64,000 nucleotides of DNA from Tubulanus polymorphus (lineage: Eukaryota; Animalia; Nemertea), in contig NC_134025.1 of the NCBI RefSeq assembly GCF_964204645.1, positions 26,516,299 through 26,580,298 of the forward strand, read 5' to 3'. The notes under the pieces are model-generated. The model was not told the origin of the DNA. It ran no database searches and saw only the letters and a list, made by a program, of their open reading frames with translations. Made by a program: the position numbers and the translations under genes. Below are positions 14,008-29,200 of this stretch, piece after piece. Each line of letters starts with the position of its first letter. Within the stretch, counting starts at the first letter, position 1.

Positions 14008-14422
14008 ATAACGATAGCGGAATTTATGTAAACTGAAATACCGCCGGAATACGCTTTACGTTCAATACGACCACTGTGAAGTCCAATTCTATATAATACC
14101 ATACTATGAATCGTCCTAAATTTTAAATGACATTTCCATATTTTTTTCGGGTAAATGTATTAAATTCGCAAAACTCTTTGAACAAACTTAGAACGTAGTC
14201 CGGCCATCGATAAAACACTCTTTTTTTTCGATTCCGTCGCCCTCTCCTCAACATAAAAACGCTTATAAAACGAATTCATTTATAGATAAATTGCTAGGGA
14301 GTTTCAGCCGAGCTGTTTCTCGGAATCCAGCCTGCAAATCGGTATATATTTTGTCCATTACGGCTGTTCAAAAACATGGCAAACAAGTATTACGTTAGTA
14401 AACGTTTTTCCGCTATCGTTAT
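14008..14422. mobile_element. MITE-like element (~415 bp)
   Basis: Perfect 15-bp inverted repeat ataacgatagcggaa (14008-14022) / ttccgctatcgttat (14408-14422). It can also be read as a 12-bp TIR flanked by TA. No coding capacity. Confidence 0.6.
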
Positions 14423-15079
14423 CAACGCTTTATTTAATGAGACTATTCTCAATAAAGAATACAAATATAAATGATTTTTTTACCCAATTTTTTGTTTTGT
14501 TTAATCATTTGTATGGTCAGTCTGTCCATTGAATCACAGTACCAGGGATACTGGATGATCTAAGCTACAGTTCACCCCAAACTTCAAATACTAGCCCCTC
14601 TGCATTGAATGCCTGCCTTCTATCATGGGCGCCGAGTGCCCATGATTTTTACACACCATAACTGCCAAAAGTACTTGGCTTTTACTTAAGCCTTACTCTC
14701 ACAAACCATGTGGTTATTCAAGATGTCCAAATTTATGTTCCATTGTATTATCTATCATAAGCTCCGAGAATTGTGGATACAAGAGGAATTACTGGAAACA
14801 TGTAGCTCCATTGTTGAAATAACTGCATTCAAATGTATCCGGTAACCAGGTAAATAGATAGGGACAATCCTTGTTAAAGAATTTTAAAAAAAACATGATA
14901 GTATTCATGTATTCATATTTATTATCGAAATATTTATGAAACTATACATACGCTTTATAAAAAGAAACATGCTGCTAACACAATACCCATTTATACCAGG
15001 TAATTACAAATACTGGTAAACAGTACTTCTAAAAAATGTACACTATATAAATTCGTCTTCAGTCACTGATAAGGTTTTA

Positions 15080-16381
15080 TCATAATGTAGCCAAAATCCG
15101 AGTAAATGATATGAATAAAACAAGGATTGTCTGTCCAACTCCATAAACTAAACAATAAAGTGGCGCCATTGTAAATCCAGATGAGCGGTAGACTCCTGCT
15201 ATTACAGCACCTGAGTAAGAGATCAGAATACACAGTGAGAAATACAGTCAAACTTCGTTTAAAATTAGGCTATACAAAAATGATACCTTGTTTCTCCTAA
15301 TCGGCAGGGTCGTTTTGTAAAATGCAATTAAATTTGTACTCAGTTCATTCCTATAACAATGTAATGTACATGGTAGATAGGCGGCCAGCCGGGTCAACTT
15401 ATAAGCAAAGGAGAAACGAGGTATGACTTTTTCAGCCTTATCACAATATTTTTTGTGCAAATTTGTATTTCTAACACTTATAGAAATACAGTCAACTCCC
15501 AATATACCACCACAGTATGGCGGTATAACGGGGGTGTTTTACTTTGTATTCGTATAGAGATGTACATTGAGAAAACCTGGCGGTGGGGGAGGTGGCAGTA
15601 AATGGGAGGGCAGTATATCGCAGGTTGACTATTCATTGCCACAAATGCCTATTCAAAAATACAGGGCAGATAGAAATGTTTAGCCTTATTTATAATAAAC
15701 AGTTTTCATACCATAAAACAGAGTAAAGTCAAATCAAATGAAGTAACTATAATTCGAAGACTTACTGGTGATAACTCCACCAGTTAATGGACTGACTACG
15801 CCCATGACTAGAATTCCGATCGGAATAAATCGACCGATTTTATGATTCTGCAATCGACAGAAAGCAATAGCTGCGGCTATCGTGTGAACAAATATCGACG
15901 AAAACAACGCCCATAGGAACACTTGATACCAAATTTCTGTAGAGAAAAATAAACACAATTAGATAGAGCTTAAAAGTTGTGTAACTGTGGTGTAATGAAT
16001 TCTGATTGATTTACCAGCAAATTTATTTATCAGGTTATTTGGTTGTAGTCCTATGACATTTTTGATTGATCCAAGCTCCCCAATCTGGAAAGAGAAGAGG
16101 TTACACGGATAGGGACACTGGCGCCAAGCTGAAGTCATAATACTTCATACTAATTAAAACACTGACTTTGACTTGACAATGACACTATAATTAGGTAGAT
16201 GTTTTTGTTTGGAAGTGGATATTTTGACTTTGTTTTACCTGTTTAATTAACTACAAACTAACTACTTATCAATCGCTATAAATCAACAATCGCGGGCCTT
16301 TTCGCCTTGTTCGAACTATATTATCAAAGATTTTATTCAATCATCTGAACAGTCAAAAAAAGCACTCAAAGTACTTACCAT
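15080..16381 (-). CDS. TMEM170: Transmembrane protein 170
   Basis: Exons 16381-16379 (ATG only), 16084-16015, 15936-15766, 15210-15080 give EIWYQVFLWALFSSIFVH...HKIGRFI...GGVITSAVIAGVYRSSG...GVGQT...SFTRILATL*, matching the family pattern. The start exon is less certain; an in-frame ATG also exists near 16138. Confidence 0.93.
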
Positions 16382-17145
16382 AAATGCAGGACCGCACAAT
16401 ATCAAAGAGAGCATTCTTAAAATATATCAGCGCCTACATCCAATAACGTTCTATGGCCTCTAACGTCAAATTCTATTTTTCTCAAGGTCGGCGGCGACCA
16501 AAGCGTATCGTACTATTTACCAAGAATAACCGAGAAAAAAATACAACGTTCGCGGCGGGTGCCGCCTGTGTTCCTTCATATCAGGCCAATTTACAATCGC
16601 GCGCTCCGTACGAGTGTGGGCAGGGGGACACACGTGTCCGGCAGCCAGAGACGGGTACTTCAGTAGATTTTGATACTATCTGACTACCGAATTACTTTAC
16701 CCGGGTGGTTGTCTCCACACTATAGGCGTTCCCGCTAAGTGTACCTCTGTGCCGTATATCAGACACAAGGTTCTTGATGAACCGAATTACTTGAGGAACT
16801 TAACTCAGGCCGCCCGGTCGCCCGCGCCGGACTAACTCTGAACAAACGAAAAAAGATTTTGGAGGTGGTCACCCGTGCCACACAAAAAATACCAGACTGA
16901 TTTCTGGTACCTAATTCATTTCCCATAACTTTTAAGCTGTCGCCGAACAAGACAAAAGAATAATAAGTATTTGCCGAAAATAAACTGAAACACACGGCGT
17001 GATCTGGTGCGTGGCCACGCGTCATAGTGGCGAGTAATGGTATATATATATACAAATAAATACCAATGAGTTAGAAAACAAATATCAGGGCGACATTCAG
17101 AAAGTATCGCCTAACATTTGATTTCGTAGACAGAAGAACGCTACA

Positions 17146-17212
17146 ATGTTGGCAATGTGTGGTGTCTTGATATTCGTTTTATCATTGCTCTACGGAATCG
17201 GCAATGGGCAAG
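17146..17212 (+). CDS. Signal-peptide exon S1 of gene A
   Basis: MLAMCGVLIFVLSLLYGIGNGQ followed by G|gtaag (67 nt, phase 1). Confidence 0.85.
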
Positions 17213-20200
17213 GTAAGAATCGGCGGATTTAGAAAGCGTGGCAAGCAATATTAAATTTTTGGCGCGCTCGTCGTCAGTTTCTACAATATGATTATATGAA
17301 TTTTAGAGATTTTCTTCAAATAAACATTTACCAATTTGCCGCTTAAAATCCTGGTTAATCGAATGTTACGATGTTTGGTGTAATCAAAATTGATATTCGA
17401 TAAACATGTATATCGATACATATGATTAAAAGATACTTTTTGAATACGGTCAAGTTAGGACGCACTATTATCAGAGTGTCGTAAGATTGATCATAATGAG
17501 ATCACACGCATGTATACTCATGAGCCTAAACGGAAAAAAATAACTACCATTGGAAATAAATAGGATTGGTCGTTTCACAACTTGAAAAACAATTCTTATC
17601 ATAAATTGTAGATTTACAAATGACATCATTCACGACAAGTCCAGCCACATTTTACCTGGGTGAAGCACAGAATGCCGTTCCTCTAACGATTAATATAGAA
17701 AATGCCGATTCTTCAAACGTGATTCCTGCTGCAACATCTCCAAATGAGAACTATGTTTTCACATTCCAATTTGCAACGGGTACAACTCAAATTGGTTCAG
17801 TTATTACAATAAGCGGTATTACACTAGCAGAAAGGCAAGTGGGTCTTGCAGCAGCGACTACTCTAACATTTACAGGTGCTACAGCAGATTATCCTGCATT
17901 AGATGCAGTCACTTGTCCAGCAGCTACTCATCTATGTATGACTGTTGCCGAAAGTAGCACCGCTTACACAGATGCAGTAACAACTAATAATCAAGCATGT
18001 ATAACTATAACAAGAGTTTGCCAACCGGGTAAGTGCTTCTATACTTGAATCTCTGATGAATTTTAGAGATAGATTAATTCTAGAATGAATTGATTTTCAT
18101 TTAGACCCAACGGCTTCTACAGGTCCAACATGGGTTGGACTAACTACACTACCACAGGGTACTGCCACATCGGTAACGTTTGACTTACCAATACAAAATG
18201 TAGCTGCATCGGGACAAGGAAATGATATCGTAGCTGCACCTACGGGCACGAAAAACTTTGCTACGGAATTGTATTTTGCGTCAGATAGCGCCGGAGCAAC
18301 AGCAGTTACAGGGAATGTCGCGGCTACAGTGTCATCGAATGATGCCGCAGCTTTACCAGCAGATTCATCGACTACAGTTACTCTTCGAGCGACTGGAACT
18401 GTAACTTTACCATCTGCCATTTGCTATACTACCGACTTCTTGTGTGCCCGTGTGAAAGAAGGAGCTTCGTGTAAATGGGCTGATGCTGGCTCAACAAACA
18501 ATGTAATGTGTTCCTCGATAGTGTCAGTGAAAGCTTGCGATCCTGGTTTGTATAGATTTCTTACATTGTATTTACCGTATGGGATACCCATAAAATGAAC
18601 GGTCTTTGCATTTTCAGACCCTATCACAAAGACATTTACACCACTTAGTACAGCTGAGTATATTCAACCAAACACGTTCACGTTAACATTTGATATCGTT
18701 TTCGAAAACACTGCTCCAGGCGGTAATTCAGATATAGCCTCAGTAACGGCTCCTAATTCCAATTTCAAAGTCGACATAATTTTGTCTAATATTGACATGA
18801 CGACTTGTGCTGCGGGTTCAGTGTCGATTTCATCTACTTCAAATGTTGACCAAACAGTGTCTCTAGCAAGTGGAGCAGTAACAAGTACAATATCTGGCAG
18901 TGCTTCAATAACGGTGCCTTCAGCCACATCAGACTGCAATGATATGCGGTATATTTGCGCAAGGTTGAACGTCCCCGCAACAGCATCTTACACAGATAAA
19001 GACCTCACAAACAACTGTAAATGCGTCGATATATCGGCTCAGAAATCGTGCTTTCCTGGTACGTCTTATGATAATTTTGAGAAAATAATTTAGCCATTTG
19101 CATGAACGTGTTAGTTAATTATGCAGAAGATTTTACACGATTTTATTCATAATAGATCTAAAGCTGAATAGTATAACGGGTACGCCAGTATCAGGAGTTC
19201 TAAATGATGCATCAGCCACAAATTATAAAATCACAACTGCCTTGAAAAATAATGCCGTGAATTCAGCAATCTACTCAGGAAACAATATTCTAGCTACAAC
19301 TGGGACCGATTACAACTACGATATATCGGTTATCATTTCTAATGTTGATATCGGTGCTGGTGGAACTGATACTCTTGGACATTCTGCAATATCTATTTCA
19401 TCATATACAACACCAGCGCAAAGACAAACAGCTTTGGCAGCTCAGGCAACTACGTCGATCGTTGATATCGTCATGAGTATAACGATTGACCCGGCTTACT
19501 GTGCGAATGCGCTGTATTTATGTGCAACTGTGTCACGAGGTACCAACGCGAATTTCCCCACGGAAACAATCCTTGCAAACAATGCCCAATGTAAAGATAT
19601 ATCAGCAACTTCAGATAAAACATGTACACCAGGTAAGTACATTGTACGGCGAAAAGTCATTTTATCACAGTTATGAAATGACTTATGACTGGCGTGTGTA
19701 GTCCGTTGTCATTGCCGAATGTATGAATAATACAAAAGGTATCTTATTCATTTTTAGATCCTGTTATAAATACATTCACAGTATCATCGGCTCATAATTT
19801 TATTACTGGAGTTACTGTAGCTTCCGCCGCATTTGACATAACAATTGAGAACAGTGTCACTTCAAATGCTGATATAGCGGCTGCAACAGGAGGCAATATT
19901 AATTTCAAAACGAACCTGATTCTTGCTAGTGCTGATATGGTGACATGTACTGCAGGATTTACAAGTACAGTTTCAACGGTCAGTAGTCAAGTAGCACTAG
20001 CATCAGGAGCCACCACATCAGTAATCTCAGCTACAGGATCAGTAACAATGCCAACTGTAACAGCGGATTGTAACAATGCTAACTTTCTATGCGCGCAACT
20101 AGTAGCTGGAACTGGAGCAACTTATACAGATGGTGACACTACGAATAATTGCAAATGCGCGGATATAACTGCACAGAAATCCTGTTTCCCAGGTCGTATA

Positions 20201-23200
20201 ACATCTCTAATTACCCAGAAGTTGTTGCTCAGTTGTCTAAAAACATATCCTAGTTTAAACCGTCTTGAATTTCAGATATTGATGTTCTATCCATTGTGTC
20301 AAATGGCCCTTTGACTGCTGGAGAGAAAATAAATGATCAATCAGCCATTGATTATCAATTCAACCTTAATTTGAAAAATGTTGCAACAGCGGGTCTAGGA
20401 AATCACATCTTACAGGCTACTGGTGCAAGTGATTACAACTATGTAGTGACCGCATATCTGTCAGATAACGATGTCAGAGGTGGAACTGCTGATACTTTGT
20501 CACTTGGAAATATCGCCTCATTGACTTATACTTCCGGATCAGCATCAACGGAAAGAAAAGCAGCAATGGCAGCCCAGGCTACGCATTCATTAACATCGAT
20601 AAATATCAACTATCAGATACCTGATTTAACGAAATGTTTGACCGTCACATATTTATGTGCTACTGTTACTCAAGGAACAAACGCGCAATATGCAGCAGAA
20701 ACAGTAACAACTAATAATGTTCAATGTGTTGATATCAGTGCTGATATACAATGTAGTGCAGGTATGATAAACTGAAGTCATGCTTGAAGAAGAATGTTTT
20801 AATGACTTTCTAATGGTACCATTATTTTTGTTACAGATCCAGTGATCAAGACGTTCACTCCACTTTCCACAGCGGTGTACATTCAACCTAACACGTTCTC
20901 ATTGACATTTGATGCTGTCTTTGAAAACACTGCTTCAGCAGGACACACTGACATTACGGCAGTAACAGCTCCTAATTCTAACTTCAAAGTCGACTTAATC
21001 CTGTCTAATATCGATATGACAACGTGTACTGCGGGTTCAGTCTCAATTTCTTCTACATCAAATGTTGACCAAATTGTTGCCCTTTCGAGTGGAGCCGTTA
21101 CTAGTACAATATCCGGTAGTGCGTCAATCACAGTGCCTTCAGTCACCGCTGACTGTAATGATATAAGATACGTTTGCGCAAAGTTGAATGTACCATCAAC
21201 TGCATCATATACAGATAGGGATCTCACAAATAACTGCAAATGTGTCGATATAACAGCCCAGAAATCCTGCTTTCCGGGTGCGTTCTAATTGGATTTAGAT
21301 AATGTTTTGAATCAATTGAGAGGTCAACCAGCTTGGAATAATTTGATCGATATTTCTTGATATTTTAGATTTAAAGATGACCAGTATAACAGGTGCTCCA
21401 GTATCTGGAACTCTAAATGACGCATCTACAACAAGTTATAAGATCACAACAGCCTTGAAAAATAATGCAGTTAATACGGCAGCTTACTACGGAAATAACA
21501 TCCTCGCCACGACTGGGACCGATTACAACTACGACATATCAGTTATCATTTCTAATGCTGATATCGGTGCTGGTGGAACTGATACTCTTGCACATTCTGC
21601 AATTTCTATTTCATCATATACAACACCAGCTCAAAGACAAACAGCTTTAGCAGCTCAGGCAACTACGTCAATCGTTGATATCGTCATGAGTATAACGATT
21701 GACCCGGCTAAATGTGCGAATGCTCTGTATTTATGTGCAACTGCGTCACAAGCTGCCAACGCAAAGTTTGCGGCTGAAACCATTCTAACAAATAACGCTC
21801 AGTGTAAAGATATATCAGCAACGGCGGATAAAATATGTACACCAGGTAATTTCATATGAATATTCGTGATAGTCGATACACATATCCTTTTCACACATAA
21901 CTCAATGTTCTAATCGACTTGATTTCAGATCCTATCATCAAAACATTCTCAGTAGCATCGACGAATCATTTTATCACTGGAGTCGCTGTAGCTGCCGCAG
22001 CGTTTGATATTACATTTGAGAATAGTGCTACTACAAATGCTGATATAGCAGCTGCGACAGGAGCAAATATCAATTTCAAAGCAAACCTCATTCTTGCTAG
22101 TGCTGATATGGTGACATGTACTGCAGGATTTACAAGTACAGTTTCAACTGTCAGTAGTCAGGTAGCACTAGCATCAGGGGCTACCACAGCCACAATTTCA
22201 GCAACTGGATCAGTAACAATGCCAACTGTAACTGCGGACTGTAACAATGCTAACTTTCTATGTGCGCAACTTGTGGCCGGAACTGGTGCAACTTATACAG
22301 ATGGTGACAATACGAATAATTGTAAATGCGCGGATATTACTGCGCAGAAATCATGTTTTCCAGGTAAAATCGATTTATGCACTGATAATTGGTAAACATC
22401 TTGTGTGACTTCAATCGTATGTCATAAACTGTAACTACATGTAAATACCAATATACAGTTGAAGAAATATATCGGCATGTATACCTCATGGAAAAATAAA
22501 TTCGCATAGAATGATTCCTTTGTAGATATCGACGTGGTGGCAATCGTGTCTAATGGTCCCGTGACTGCTGGGGAAAAACTGAATGATCAATCAGCCATTG
22601 ATTATCAATTCAACCTTAATTTGAAAAATGTTGCAACAGCTGGTCTAGGAAATAATATCTTACAAGCTACTGGTGCAAGTGATTTTAACTATGATGTGAC
22701 CGCATATCTGTCAGATAACGATGTCAGAGGTGGAACTGTCGATACTTTGGCACTTGGCAATATCGCCTCATTGACTTACACTTCAGCATCAGCATCGACG
22801 GAAAGAAAAGCAGCAATGGCAGCCCAGGCTACACATTCATTAACATCGATAAATATCAATTATCAGATACCTGATTTAACGAAATGTTTGACAGTCAAAT
22901 ATTTATGTGCTACTCTTACCCGAGGAACAAACGCGCGATATGCAGCAGAAACAGTTACAACTAATAATGTTCAATGTGTTGATATCAGTGCTGATATACA
23001 ATGTAGTGCAGGTATGATAATAAAAGCCACCCCTGAATCAATTCTTCCACCCATCCCGAATGATGACCCTGAACTAGCAAAAAATTATTCAATATTGTTT
23101 TTACAGATCCAATAATCAAGACGTTCACTCCACTTTCCTCAGCGGTGTACATTCAACCTAACACATTCTCGTTGACGTTTGATGTTGTTTTTGAAAACAT

Positions 23201-26200
23201 TGCTTCAGCAGGACACACTGATATAACGGCAGTAACAGCTCCTAATTCGAACTTCAAAGTCGACTTAATCCTGTCTAATATCGATATGACAACTTGTTCT
23301 GCGGGTTCTGTCTCAATTTCCTCGACTTCAAATGTTGACCAAACTGTTGCTCTTTCGAGTGGAGCCGTTTCTAGTACAATATCCGGTAGTGCATCAATCA
23401 CAGTGCCTTCAGCCACATCAGACTGTAATGACATGAGATATGTTTGTGCAAAGTTGAACGTCCCTGCAACAGCATCTTATACAGATAAAGACCTTACAAA
23501 CAACTGTAAATGCACCGACGTATCCGCACAGAAGTCTTGCTTTCCTGGTGGGTTTAAACAAATCAAAGGCCGTTCAAATTCTATAACTTTTTACATCCAT
23601 TAATTTATGCATCGACATGAAAATGATTAAGTTTATATTTCTGCTTTATATGTTTACTTCATCTTTGTAGATATTCAAATGACCAGTATAACAGGTGCTC
23701 CAGTATCTGGAACTCTAAATGACGTATCAGCTACAAATTATAAGATCACGACAGGTGTAAAAAATAATGCAGTAAATACAGCAGCTTACTATGGAAATAA
23801 TATCCTCGCCACGACTGGGTCCAATTACAACTACGATATATCAGTAACCATTTCTAATGTTGATATCGGTGCTGGTGGAACTGATACTCTTGGACATTCT
23901 GCAATATCTATTTCATCATATACGACACCAGCACAAAGACAAACAGCTTTGGCAGCTCAGGCAACTACGTCGATCGTTGATATCGTCATGAGTATAACGA
24001 TTGACCCGGCTAACTGTGCGAATGCACTGTATTTGTGTGCGACTGTATCTCGAGGAACCAACGCCAATCTTCCTGCGGAAACCATTCTCACAAATAACGC
24101 TCAATGTAAAGATATATCAGCAATCTCTGATAAAATATGTACACCAGGTATTTAAGGATACAGGGAATAACTGACAAATGTTGTATGTTTTATTCTAGAT
24201 ATATTGTTTTATTGTAGATAAAATTCAGATTTGGTTTCTTTTTAGATCCTATCATAAAAACCTTCTCAGTCGCTTCGACGAATCATTTTATCACTGGAGT
24301 CGCTGTTGCCGCCGCAGCGTTTGACATTTCATTTGAAAACATCGTTACTACAAATGCTGATATAGCAGCTGCAACAGGAGGCAATATTAATTTCAAAACG
24401 AACCTGATTCTTGCAAGTGCTGATATGGTGACATGTACTGCAGGATTTACAAGTACAGTTTCAACTGTCAGTAGTCAAGTAGCACTAGCATCAGGGGCTA
24501 CCACGTCAGTAATCTCAGCGACCGGATCAGTAACAATGCCAACTGTAACAGCGGACTGTAACAATGCTAAGTACCTATGTGCACAACTTGTAGCTGGAAC
24601 TGGTGCAACGTATACTGACCGGGATTCCACGAATAATTGTAAATGCGTCGATTTAACTGGACAGAGGTCATGTTTCCCAGGTATAAGCCTCGTTTTTATA
24701 TCATTGGTTTTACTATATCCATCCGCTTAAGTAATGGTGCTATTCAAATACCTTTACCTATTCATTTTAGATATCGATGCTGTAAGTATAACCTCCAACG
24801 GTCCGGTCCATGCTGGAGAGAAACTGAATGACTATTCAGCAATTGATTACAGATTCAGTTTAAATCTTCAAAACGTAGCTACAGTTAGCATTGGAAATGA
24901 TATACTACTTGCAACTGGTGCAAGTGATTATAACTATGTCGTGACTGCGTATCTGTCAGATAATGATGTCAGAGGTGGCACTGCCGATACTTTGTCATAT
25001 GGTAATATCGCTTCATTGACTTATACCTCAGCATCAGCGTCGACGGAAAGAAAAGCAGCAATGGCAGCCCAGGCTACACATTCATTAACATCGATAAATA
25101 TCAACTATCAGATACCTGATTCAGTGAAATGCGTGACAACAAAGTACTTATGCGTAACCGTCGATCGAGGGACAAATGCACAATACGTAGCGGAATCAGT
25201 TACAAATAATAATATTCAGTGTTTAGATATAAGTGCCGATATCTATTGTAATGCAGGTAAATAGGCGTGATAATACATGTAACCTTCTTGATACTGATGT
25301 TTCGATGAGTTTGTTGACCGCCGCCAGTCTAAGGGGTATCAGCTTGTTTTCAACTCGTATTATTTTAAGACAATTGCTTTAGTAATCTTTTATGCTAGAC
25401 AGTTCAATACTTGAAATAGGTTGTTTATGAGCCATATATTTCGCAATTACTTCGTCTTCGTCGCAAGGCATTTTGTCAATAGAATTATACATACCTCCCT
25501 GAATGTAAATGACTTTTCAACAAAAGATATTTGTCGACCGTAACTGCTCTAATCTGGTTTTCGTGACCACTCACTAATTCCACCGAAGCGTTGAAAAATA
25601 ATCTAATCTTTGGCCATTAGTAAACATTTCAGCGAATGAGTGAATTGTTTTGCGCCTATGTTACATATATTTCTGACCAAGAGCGGCGGTTTTCATCGAG
25701 AAAGGGAATAACTAAATGTCTGATAGACCTCACTTTCAAAATATCTTTGTTATGGATTAGGGAAAATACAATGGGGAAAATAGTTTTGGGTTTGCTATGG
25801 ATTTGCTCATTTTTAATGAGTACGGTGATCGGACAAGGTACGTAAGTTTCTTGGGTGATTATCCAAGTAGGATGATCAGCGTTTCTGTTCATCGAGAAGC
25901 TATTATATGTGACTGGTCGGCAAAGGCAGCTTCTTGCGACCGAATATCTTTTCTTAAGAAAATTTCTAAATTGATTCTGAAATGGTAATCCTTGCCATCC
26001 ATGCTAATATATGACGACTTTTTAGGGAAATGAACCAATGATAAAAGCTTGCTAAAATTAATTGTAATATTCTTCAATTGGTTGGTAATGATATAGATAG
26101 CGAAGACTTGATTCCATTCCATATTTGTAGATTTGGAAATGACTTCGTTCACAACAAATCCAGAAACATTCTACCTGGGTGAAGCACAGAATACTGTTCC

Positions 26201-29200
26201 ACTCACGATTAATATAAGAAATGCCGATTCGTCAAACGTGATTCCTGCTGCAACATCTCCACATGAGAACTATGTTTTCACATTCCAATTTGCAACGGGT
26301 ACAACTCAAATTGGGCCAGCAATTACTATAAACGGTATTACACTAGCAGAAAGACAAGCGGGTCTTGCGGCAGCGACTACTCTAACATTTACAGGTGCTA
26401 CAGCAGATTATCCAGCACTGGATGCTGTAACATGTCCAGCAGCTACTCATCTATGTATGACTGTTGCCGAAAGTAGCACCGGTTACGTAGATACACTTAC
26501 AACCAATAATCAAGCATGTATAACTGTAACTAGAGTTTGCCAACCGGGTAAGTGCTTCTAAATAATGAATCTGCGATTTTTGTATCTACAAGAACAAAGA
26601 AGTTCTACTGGGAATTCATCTTTTCCAGATCCAACGGCATCTGCGGGTCCAACTTGGGTTGGACTTACGACCTTGACCGCAGCAACAGCCACAGCGGTTA
26701 CGTTTGACTTACCAATACAAAATGTAGCTGCATCTGGACAAGGAAATGATATCGTAGCTGCACCTACGGGCACGAAAAACTTTGCTACGGAATTGTATTT
26801 TGCGTCAGATAGCGCCGGAGCAACAGCAGTTACGGGGAATGTCGCGGCTACAGTGTCATCGAATGATGCCGCAGCTTTACCAGCAGATTCATCGACTACT
26901 GTTACTCTTCGAGCGACTGGAACTGTAACTTTACCATCTACCATTTGTTATACTACTGACTACTTGTGTGCCCGTGTGAAAGAAGGAGCTTCGTGCAAAT
27001 GGGCTGATGCTGGCTTAACAAACAACGTTAAATGCTCATCGATAGCGTCAGTGAGAAACTGCAACCCAGGTATCATCGAAGGCTTTAACGCTATTTTGTG
27101 AGGATTGATTGTGTAATACCTTTCTGAAAACTGCTTTGATATTTCAGATCCAGTAATTAAGACGTTCACTCCACTTGCATCAGCGCATTATGTCCAGCCA
27201 AATACGTTCACTTTAACATTTGATGTCGTCTTTGAAAACACAGCTCCAGGTGGTAATGCAGACATAGCCTCGGTGACAGGTCCTAACTCAAATTTCAAAG
27301 TTGATATAATATTGTCAGATATTGACATGACCACTTGTACAGCGGGTTCGGTGTCGATTTCATCTTCATCAAATGTTGACGAAACGGTGGCTTTAGCAAA
27401 TGGAGCGGTAACTAGTACAGTATCTGGCAGTGCTACGATTGCAGTACCTTCAGCTTCATCTGATTGTAATAATATAGCATATGTTTGTGCTAAGTTGAAT
27501 GTTCCTTCAACAGCCTCTTATACGGATAGAGACCTCACAAACAACTGCAAATGTGTCGATATTGTAGCACAAAAGTCCTGTTTCCCTGGTAAAGACATTT
27601 TTTTCTAACATTTTAATATTCCCAACTTGGGAAATAACTCAAATCACACATTTTGATAAAATATTTTATTCTGTATTGTATAGATGTCAAGATGAACAGC
27701 TTAACAGGTGCTCCAGTATCAGGAACACTAAATGATGCATCCGCCACAAATTATAAGATTACATCTGTCCTGAGAAATAATGCTGTAAATACGGCAGCTT
27801 ACTACGGAAATAATATTCTGTCCACGACTGGGTCCGATTACAACTACGATATATCAGTTATCATTTCTGATGCTGATATCGGTGCTGGTGGAACTGATAC
27901 TCTCGGACATTCTGCAATATCTGTCTCATCATATACAACACCGGCACAAAGACGAACAGCTTTAGCGGCCCAGGCAACTACGTCGATCGTTGATATCGTC
28001 ATGAGTATAACGATTGACCCAGCTAAATGCGCGAATGCTCGATATTTATGTGCAACTGTATCACGAGGTACCAACGCAAATTTCCCCGCAGAAACAATCC
28101 TCACAAACAATGCACAATGTAAGGATATATCAGCAACCTCAGATAAAACATGTACACCAGGTAAGAAAAATAGATCATTTTAACAAATACATTTCTTTTT
28201 GATCAACAATTGATATTTCGAGAGTGAGCAATTTTTCAGTCAAGTGGGGATTACTATTGGTTATGTTATTGAAATTCACAACGAGATAAACTCATCAAAT
28301 TCATCTCCATTCACAAAAATGATGTCATTCTCAATTTCAGATCCCGTGATAACTACCTTTTCCATTGCATCAACGGACCGTTTTATTACTGGAGTTGCAA
28401 CTACTACGTCATTCGATACTAAATTTCAGAATATCGCAACAACTAATGCAGATATATTGGCTGCTACTGGGGGTAATATCAACTTCAAAACTAACATATT
28501 CTTGGCAAACGCTGATATGTTGATATGTACATTACCGGGAATAACAACTTCTGTATCCACTGTAAGTAGTCAGGTAGCAATTGCATCAGGAGCCACTACG
28601 GCAACCATCGGAGCAACAGCATCAATAACAATGCCAACTGTAACAGCGGACTGTAACAATGCTAATTATTTGTGCGCGCAACTTGTGGCTGGAACTGGTG
28701 CAACTTATACTGACGTGGACGCTACAAACAATTGTAAATGTGTTGATATAACTGCGCAGAAATCATGTTTTCCTGGTGAGTTTTAGCAATTTACTAATTG
28801 TTGCATCTAATCTACCATTAAGAATTATTGAAACAACGGTATGTATGAATTACCTCTATTTATTCAAGATATCGATGTGGTGGCAATAATATCAAACGGA
28901 CCTGCGACGACTGGTCAAAAACTGAATGACCAATCAGCAATTAACTACAAATTCAGCTTGAACCTCAAAAACGTTGCGACGGCGGGTCTAGGAAATGATA
29001 TCTTGGAAGCTACTGGAACCACCGATTATAACTACGTAGTGACTGCATATCTGTCAGATAATGATGTCAGAGGTGGCACTGCCGATACATTGTCACTTGG
29101 TAATATCGCTTCATTGACTTATACCTCAGCATCAGCATCAACTGAAAGAAAAGCAGCAATGGCAGCTCAGGCTACACATTCATTAACATCGATAAATATC

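Noticed and set aside
16453-17055. ORFs 16453-16683 + and 16759-17055 -
   Set aside because: No recognisable motifs; likely chance ORFs in a GC-rich promoter region.
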